A stretch of 64,000 nt of DNA from NCBI GenBank assembly GCA_030141605.1, contig JAQGDQ010000014.1, positions 1 to 64,000 of the forward strand, written 5' to 3'. Both the position numbers and the translations under genes were made by a program. Source of the DNA: Tubiluchus corallicola (taxonomy: Eukaryota > Animalia > Priapulida). The notes under the pieces are model-generated. The model saw nothing but the letters and a program-made list of their open reading frames with translations. It was not told the origin of the DNA and ran no database searches. Positions 52,801 through 61,800 of this stretch are shown here, piece by piece. Position 1 is the stretch's first letter. Every line of letters begins with the position of its first letter.

Positions 52801-55800
52801 AAACTAAATCCTCACTATAATATAAGCTTTTACACCTTAAAATTATACTCTCATTACGAATATTCTATTTATTTTACTATAAACTAATGATAAAACTTGT
52901 TCTTTTGATTTTTAACACTTCGTTGTTAGCTGTACTAAATTTGAAGAGCTGCCATTTTTCATTGAGCGAGATGAATGAGGTAACGAGTACAGTCACGAGG
53001 TCACCAAAGATCCGTAAACAAACGTTGGTAACCAAAGACGCTTTCTGTACCTCGTACGTCATTCTTACTCACTCCCGCCAAGGACGCGAAACATGGCGAT
53101 CTTTACGGCAATGCACGCGTTTAAAATTTGTCAAAAAAGGTAAGTGATTTAATTTACAAGTCTCTTTTGTTGAATAATAGCAATGAATTCTTTGTGTAAT
53201 CATAATAATGCATTAAAAAAACTTCAATGTGTGTTAGGGTACTATATACTTATATAACCTACACAATGCCTGGAAAACATATCTACCCTAATTTTAGAGG
53301 TTTAATTGGTTCCAATTAAGAAAATAAGTGATTGTGAAGTATGTACTACATCTTTAGAAGTTAGAAATGAAGGGACTGCTTACACAAACACAAACTTCAA
53401 CCTTGTGAATAACCTTCCATAATAATAAAAGTTTATTTATCATCATTAAAATAAAAAGGTTAAATTACGGCACAGAATAAAATTACAAAATGTAGTTTTT
53501 TAAAAGAATACGCAACGGTAGAACATACAGCGACAAGCACCATTTCACTGTTACAATATACATGAACAAAATAAATTAAAATCAGTCCAAACTTATGTTT
53601 TGAAATTAAATAAACCATATGAGATCAAACTGTTCTTGGCAAGGGGTATTTCTGATGATGGCGAGGACTATATCTATGAGTACGGGATTATGTGCATCTG
53701 GCAATAGAGTGCAGATTATATTATTAGGACTTTTAATTGATAAGAGCAAATTTTTTGCAAGAATTTTCACGACGGCTGAATAAAGGTTGAAGATCAGCCA
53801 AAATTAGAGAGCATTTATAAAATTTTCATTTGGAAAAATTATTTTTAATGAGCATTCAACAAATCAGAGAGATTTTGGGAGAGAGATGGGTGCCATACCT
53901 GAGAAACACACTAAACAACTGGCCTAATCACGATGCAAAAGATTTTTATCATTATTAGGAGATGTCCTGACTCTTTTCATTAGTCACAAAAGATAAGTAG
54001 CAAATCGCTAATTTAATGTCAGTGTTTCCATTACCTGTGCTAAAATGCTTCAGAAAATTGCTTTGTTTTGGGCATAACTTTATACGTAACTTCATATGGA
54101 TTACACCAAACAAGTTGTCATACACCTGCAGCGCTTTTATGCTTGTTGCTTATTAAAAATGTATACCCAAATCAGGAAAAATTTTAAGATTTAGGAACTC
54201 AAGAACTAGCAGAGGGCCATTTCAAACTCAAATTTTAAAGATTCTTAGGTATAGGAACTTACGAACTAGTAGGAAGTGAAAACTGAGGAACTAGCAGAGG
54301 GCCATTTCAAACTCAAATTTTAAAGATTCTTAGGTATAGGAACTTACGAACTAGTAGGAAGTGAAAACTGAGGACATAGAAGATTTTCTGACATTTCTCT
54401 TGTCACCTCTCACTGACTCCAAGAAGTGAAATCTGCCTTTGACGGTCAAGCTAATATGTGGCTCAATAGTTAGCACAAAGACACTCATGCTAATATGATT
54501 TAAGTTTCTTTTCATATTTTTGTAGATACACATATTCATACCTATTGGTATACAATAAAGCAAGTGATAATAAATAAACTCGTTTAGCCGAAATAAAAAA
54601 AAACAAATTAGTTTACGAAACCAACGACAAAAAACCTAGAAAGAAATGCAAAATGGGAACAACACACAACCAATTTAACAAGCCCGGTCAATTATTTTCT
54701 TGAAGGTTCTCTGAGAGAGCTGTTTTCATGCTTAGCTAATTATCTGTATCAGTGACACAATGTATCACAAGCAAAGTAATAACATGGAAAAATGATTAAA
54801 TATCTCACAGTATGTAGCCACAGAGCACAAATCATAATGAAGCCCATTAGAACATTTCTAGGAAGTTTGCAGAAAACGAATTTTATGACATCTCATATTG
54901 CAAATGGTTTTGCTTAAGAATTTTTTAACATGAAGAATCATTATAAAGGTTCTAGCAACATTAGATCTTCAACGTTTTAAAAACTTGGAAATTTTTACGA
55001 ACTTTGAGAAACCAAAGCTCTCATTGTTAGAAACATGCTTTCTGCCTCGCAATACTTGTGAGCATACTAAATTACAAGCTACACGATTTTCTTAAACTGA
55101 AATGACAGAAAAAACAAACCAGCTAATTTAAAATACTAAATAATTTAAATGTTCAAAAAACCACCATTTTTAGTAATAATTAAGTAAAATGCAGAACATA
55201 ATTCAATAGTTAATTTGAGTCTGAAAATTTTTTTGGATTATCTACAAATCGAAGCAAAATAAAACTTGTAACCACAACGTCAGGTAATGCGCACAAAGCA
55301 AATTAGCAGTAGCAACTTCCCCATCAATTTTATATGGTAAACAAAGTAAATCTCTTCAGAGTCCATATAATTTATCGACAGACACTCAACAACAAATATA
55401 AGCAATTCCAAAAGCATTTAGTTCTACAACACACCAAATCTTATGGAGGCTGAATGCAAATGGGGTAAATGTAAATAACAAATAAGCTAACAAGAGAGTA
55501 CAATTACAGGTCACTTATCTTTGTTAAAATTTCTTTGCCTTCAAACCATAGCATAAAAAAAACACAAAAACCATTTTTCTGCAGCATAAAAAGATTTCTC
55601 CCAAGTATGCCACTGCGAATGTAATTTCACAAATCTGGTGAAAAATGCTTCTCAATATTATTCAATTAGTTTACCCCAAACAAATGAGTATATCTCGGCT
55701 GACTTTGAACTTTAAAACTAAACATAAGATTTTGACACTGAGCCAAATGGCATGTGCTGTTAAGATTGTGCATTTTGCATGCAAAATTGCCTCTTACCTA

Positions 55801-58800
55801 GTAAGTTCATCTTCTCCGACAGGTGACACTGGTTTAGGAGCAGGAGCTGTGTAAGAAGTATTTGTAATAGGTGGCGGAAGATCCATGGGTCGAAAAGTGC
55901 CATTATGATTCAAAGTTGCTGTAAGTAAAAAATAATGACCTAGTTTCAATGATACACTATCATATACAAACAACAAAAAACATTTCAGAGTACAAATAAC
56001 ACAAAGCACTGTATAATAATAGCATCCAGTAATAATATTATAGGAAATTCAATTGAAATTGTCACTAATAGTTTACAAAAAAAATATTTTTCAAATCTAG
56101 TTAATAATAAATTTTAAATCAAAACAAATTAGATAACATATAAAAGCAAATTATGAAATCAAGAAAAAGGGTAGTTATAATGCAAGAAGCTACATGCATA
56201 TATCATCATTTATGAAGCCACCCAGTAACCTACTTTTTTCTTTTGTTTTGTAATTGGTATATCATTTCACAAATTCATTTAGGCAAATTGTTGTGTAAAA
56301 CTTTCCTATCTACTTTGCACCTCATAAAATGTCTTTTTTAACTAACATGTTCAACAGATGATTTTTCCGAAACTAATAAAAATTGTAAATATGAAAATCA
56401 CATTTTTTTTCATAACATTTCTACAGAAAGAAAATTACTTACATTGATCCGGTGGTGGTGGAGGGGGTGCTGCTCTCAAAGTTGGTGGAGCTACTGGTTT
56501 TAATTTGTTCAAGTGGGCAGAGGCTGACAGAAAATAAAAAAAAAACAACACAGTAAGAAAGCACAGAAATGCAAGATTATAAAATGCAGCAACCTTAATT
56601 CAAGTTAATTGGTATTTTTTCATATCTAAGTTCTAGATAAAATTTTTGTTCAAACTCTTGTACCAAATTTTGTACAAATTTTTGTACCACAGTTATTATG
56701 CTTTCAATCGCATGAAAAACATGCCTAGTTTGTGCATACATTTGTTTAAATATGGTGCTGGGAGTCACTTTGCAGTCATTAATAATTAGTACGCTGTTAA
56801 TTCACGTAGGTACATTATACATGTATACAAAATTTATTAATATACATTAGCAGTTTAGTAAATTATTATTTGTGAAAGTCCTAAATAATTATAGATTAGA
56901 GTCACCCACCACCAGTAAAAACAAAACAGAAAATGGTGCTGTACAAAGACAAACCTCTAAAGCCAGGCCCCAGAAGGAGCACTGGATCAGGAGTGGAGGG
57001 CGGGGTTTTGGGGGTGGTGGAATATTTCCCCTCCGGGGCCTCGTCATCTATAGACACTAAGTCCAGAGGTTGATCCGGCGGGTGCACAGCCAGAGCTTCG
57101 CAAGATGATGGAGGTTTACCGTACTTGGCAAGATCAGCTACAGAAACGGAGTGACATCAGCATGCATGGTGCACACATGCGCAGTCAAAATATTGCTAAA
57201 CTATGCACTTCTGCAAATACCCTGACAATGCGATTCATGCTAAGAAAGCTGTCATAGTGCTTAAAACACTTGTAGAGAAAAAAATTAAAATTTTTGTTGC
57301 TGCTACTAAAGATGGCTTTTAATGGATTTAGTGTTTGATTTGACAGCTGGAGAAGTGCCTCACCTGCACCTTCAACTTGTCCCCCACCTGTGTCGGGATG
57401 CTTTAAATCGTAAGAAGCTATGAAAGAAAACAAATTCATCAGTCTCTTGCTACCGTGCAAAAAATTGCATGCATTCTACAATTCAAAAATTATAATTCAT
57501 CAGTTCTACTTCATCATTCATAAATCTACTTAACACCATAGCTAGCATAACTTCTCTACAGTCTACACATGCAACGTTAATGAATATTTCTTTAAACAGT
57601 GACATGATAATGTACATCTGAAATTAGAGAGCCTCGGTGACGAAGCAAACAACAATGAATGACAATTAGAATAAAGGTCTTCTCATCAATTGAGTTATGC
57701 GACTTTAGAAATTTTGTCAACTGTAGGAAAGATGTCTCTCTGTCTCTCTGGCAACTGACCTTTCGTTTCAGAGCCGCTCTCTGATTCACTTTCACTTTCG
57801 CTTTCACTTTCTTCAGACTCTGATGGTGGGGGTGACGGCAAGGGTGAATCAAAGCGTTGTTTGGCTGTCAAAAGGATATTATCCATAGATGTTAGTAGCA
57901 CCAGCAGCATGCATTCATGCAGACACACACAAATAAAAAGAATCAATAATATGACAACATAATGCCAGTCATACCGGTTAAAACTAAGATAATAACAAAT
58001 TTGCCAGATTTGTCAATGGCAATTAATTTTAATATGCACAGAAAGATGACAGCAGCTGTCAGATTTTGCAAACATTTCAAAACTGATCTTGGTAAAGCTA
58101 ATTTTACGTCGTGTAATGCATTGCAAAATATGGCAAATCAGGATATGGCATTACATGCTTTTATAAAGGATGTTTGGCACTAATGAACCTTTCACAGCAA
58201 CATAGATCTCAGTTTCAATAAGCCTTTTCACAGTTTCACTATTGCGCACACGTGGCTGCTGTAGGTCAAAGGTTAAGTGAACACAGTGCATCTTACTTAA
58301 CTACAACCATCAAGTGACCTTATGCATGTAACTACATGTAGGTAAGAAGGGTGAAACATGTGGTTACTTTTCTACACGTGTATTGTTTTATATTAACAAG
58401 TTACTGTTATCCGAAAACAGGTAGCAAAATAGCAGTAGTAAGTAGTAATCCATGTGATATGAAATAACTGAAGTGAAGATTAACGCCAAGAACTGTTACT
58501 AATACAATAGCTTAGGTTGCGAGGCGTTGTCATGTGTAAACAAATCTGTTGTTGGTTAGGATAATGTTCTTAGGTTCACTTTACCTTTGACTTTTTCACA
58601 ATCATCATCAATCGCTGTAACTGTGAAAAGGTTTAATTGTACTCGTATTAGTCTGTGCGGACACATTCACTAACTACCGCTGAACTCAGCTGTAGCAATA
58701 GCAAAATGGCAAACTATGAAAAAATCAGAAATGGCAGCAAGAAGAGATCTATGAGAGTACAATAAACAAGACTTAGTTTACTTAATAATAGTTAAACTAT

Positions 58801-61800
58801 GGTTTAGCTGACTGTGGAAAAATTACGCAAATACAACCACTGAATGAAGAATCTTATTGCAAAAGCAAACATCCTTTACATAAAGCCATGCCTGACTAAC
58901 AAATACCAAGAAGTGTATAATCAATCGTTTGCACATGATGCTCATGTTGAAATGTTGTTAACCTCAAAAATGCAATAAAAGGAAAACTGTAGGGTAAAGT
59001 CCAGCCCGTTAGTAAAAGAAAGATTAAACAAGCAATACTTGGTCTAATAGAAAGCCTGTTCTGGACTGTCTGACTACTCACCTTTGGCGACACTTGGTTT
59101 TACCAAATGAGTTTCTTGGACACCAGGGGAAGAAGGACTGGGAGGGGACTCTGGCAGTTTTTCTGTGAAAGAAACAAAATGACAAGCACAAAAAATAAGC
59201 AATATTTTAAAGAAAAATGTGCAAATCAATTACTTTTTGTCACTATTTGATCTGTCACACTGGCGAGAGAAATAAAACTTACTGCAAAACTAAAATAGCC
59301 ACAAAAGCAAATTAAATGTGAAAAGCACCGCCTGTGTTTAATTTTACTAATAAAGCAAATGTGTGCTTGCATAGCAAAAATTTCATCAAGTTGGCAATAA
59401 AGTTTTTCTAGTTATTCACGTATCATGAATCTGCATTTCATGAGGATCAATTTAGTACCAAGCTCACCACTCTATTTTATTTCTAAGTTGAGTTAATTCA
59501 TGTTGAAGTTTAGGTGCACACTGAAAAACCTAACCTTGAAAAATCGCTGTTAAGTTTTGGCATTGTTTTTCTTTGTTTCTACAAAACTCTAGCAATCATA
59601 CAAAAAGTTGATTGCTGAGTTTTTGCAAAAGCACATTGAATTTATGGCTAAATCCAATACCTGGCTCTTCCCGATGAAGACCTGGGCTTGGCAACAGAAA
59701 AAATCACAAGCAAAATGACTGATTCGATGAGCTCCTATTAAAGTGAAAATTGTTACAATTGCAGTACTATTTTTACCCAGAGTAGTGGGGTATGGGGTTA
59801 CAGAATCAAATTTGTAGTATTGTTGAACATTTTCCTGGTGATTCAGTGCTAGAATATAAAAGCCCAATATACTTAGCATTTGTTTTTACAAAAACACAAA
59901 ACACAAAAATTTTATATTTGATCCAACTTTTGGTACATTCTACTTTGAAGCATCACAACATGGTTTTAACTATGCCGACTTGTGGATGGTTTTGTTTTGC
60001 AAGCACACAAATAGAAAAAAACATTAAAATAAATGAATTCAATAGTAAATGTAGCAACAGAAAAGTAAAAAAAGATTTGAACTGTAGCAGCGAGTGGAAT
60101 AGTACAGTAAATCAACTATAACAAATAGTTTATGGCTCTCCACCGTTGCAGTTGGCAGCAAAGACAAATATCTAAGATGTGCTACTAAAAGTTTTTCAGA
60201 ACTGGTAGTGGACCTTAGGGTTCCCGTGTCACATTTAGAAAATTTCAACCTAGTAAAACAGCGTAGCCTGACGACATGGACTGACTGAATTATGGCCAAT
60301 CTACTGGAAACACGTATTTTTAGTTTCTAACAACAACGTTTAGAACTCATGTCTTGCATAAGACGAAAATCAGAATATAACATGTAAGTACTCAGACACT
60401 AGCTACCAAACTCAAGGGTAATGCCAGTGAACCAACTAAAACAATCTGTATAACTCAGAAAGGTGTTAATTTTTGATAAGTTAATTAGCCAATACAGACA
60501 AAATTTTACTGCACACATTCAAAGTTTAGTTTTATAACGAAATCAGGCAGCAGAAAGTAAAAGATTAAATTATATATTGGAGGCTTTGGAGAAGATTGGC
60601 TTGTCGAATCACCAAATAAGTGGCAGGTCTCAAGTCATGTAAAATTGACCCAGTTCCAACTCTACCGTCTCCTAGACCAAACTCACAAATAAATAAACTT
60701 AAAATGTAATCTCGTGTTTGTGCACACACAGTTGCGGATCATGAAGAAACTAAGACTAATGCTATAAATTGTAACTATCTTTTAATTATCATAATTTATT
60801 CTCACCTGGTTCCGGAGATGATTTTTTCACGACCTCGGGGGATTCTCTGTACATGGGTGGTACGGGTTCTAATAATAAATAGAATAATAAAGATACAGTA
60901 ATCAAAGCAAACCAGCAGAAACGTTCAAACAACACTAATTAGCAAAAATGGCAAAACGTACGGGAATTTGGTTAAATGGTAATCAGTGACAGTACATATC
61001 AACACTTATGGATAGCAAATGTAAATTTTCTCACCAGTTGGTTTTTCAGCTGGAGGCTTGAAAACTAAATAAAAAAAACAAACAAACTAACTAACTAACA
61101 TGCAAAACTTACGACACACATGATGCTGATGCATACCGTTTGCTAACCTGCAATTAACAGCTACATGACTAATTAAATAGCTTGTACATGACACCAAAAA
61201 GACATTTAATGACATCGACAAGACTTTTCCAAACATTTCATGGAAAACATTATTTAAACTTAGAAAAGTTTACAATGTCAAAAAATGCCAATCTTGTGTT
61301 CTTGAAAGATTTTAAAAAAATACACAGCCTGTGGGTATGTACTTACCAAATAGCTACTATCTTGCCAGAAAAATGTAACATAATTTTCCAATACGTGCTT
61401 TTGTCTGCCAAAGTTAATAAGTAGAGCACTGTGTATAAAGAAAGATCTAAAAAAACATAAGGTTTTCTCACCTGCTTTGGCAGCGCTAGGCTTAACAGCA
61501 TGTTCTTCTATGATATCGGGTGATTTGGTCTTTTCGACACCTACAACATGTAATGAATCAGCATGCACTGGATGCTAAGCAACTGTTCAGCATGCTACAC
61601 TTCCCTTCACATAAATGTCAAGCACAAAAATTGGAGCCTCGCTAAAAATTTGGTACTCTTATGTAGCATTTAAAGCAACACTAAAAATCATAACTATAAA
61701 AATTAATAGGACATTTCACTTTCACTGGTTAAATGTTTTATCTTGCCATTATTTTGTAACTAACAGCATTTTCTCTAAAACCAAGTGTCAACAAAACACA

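Noticed and set aside
53866-53900. Possible alternative terminal exon truncating DLG1 before PDZ3 ([11 protein letters not shown])
   Set aside because: Rests on a single acceptor-like sequence, which is expected by chance in a 22-kb intron.
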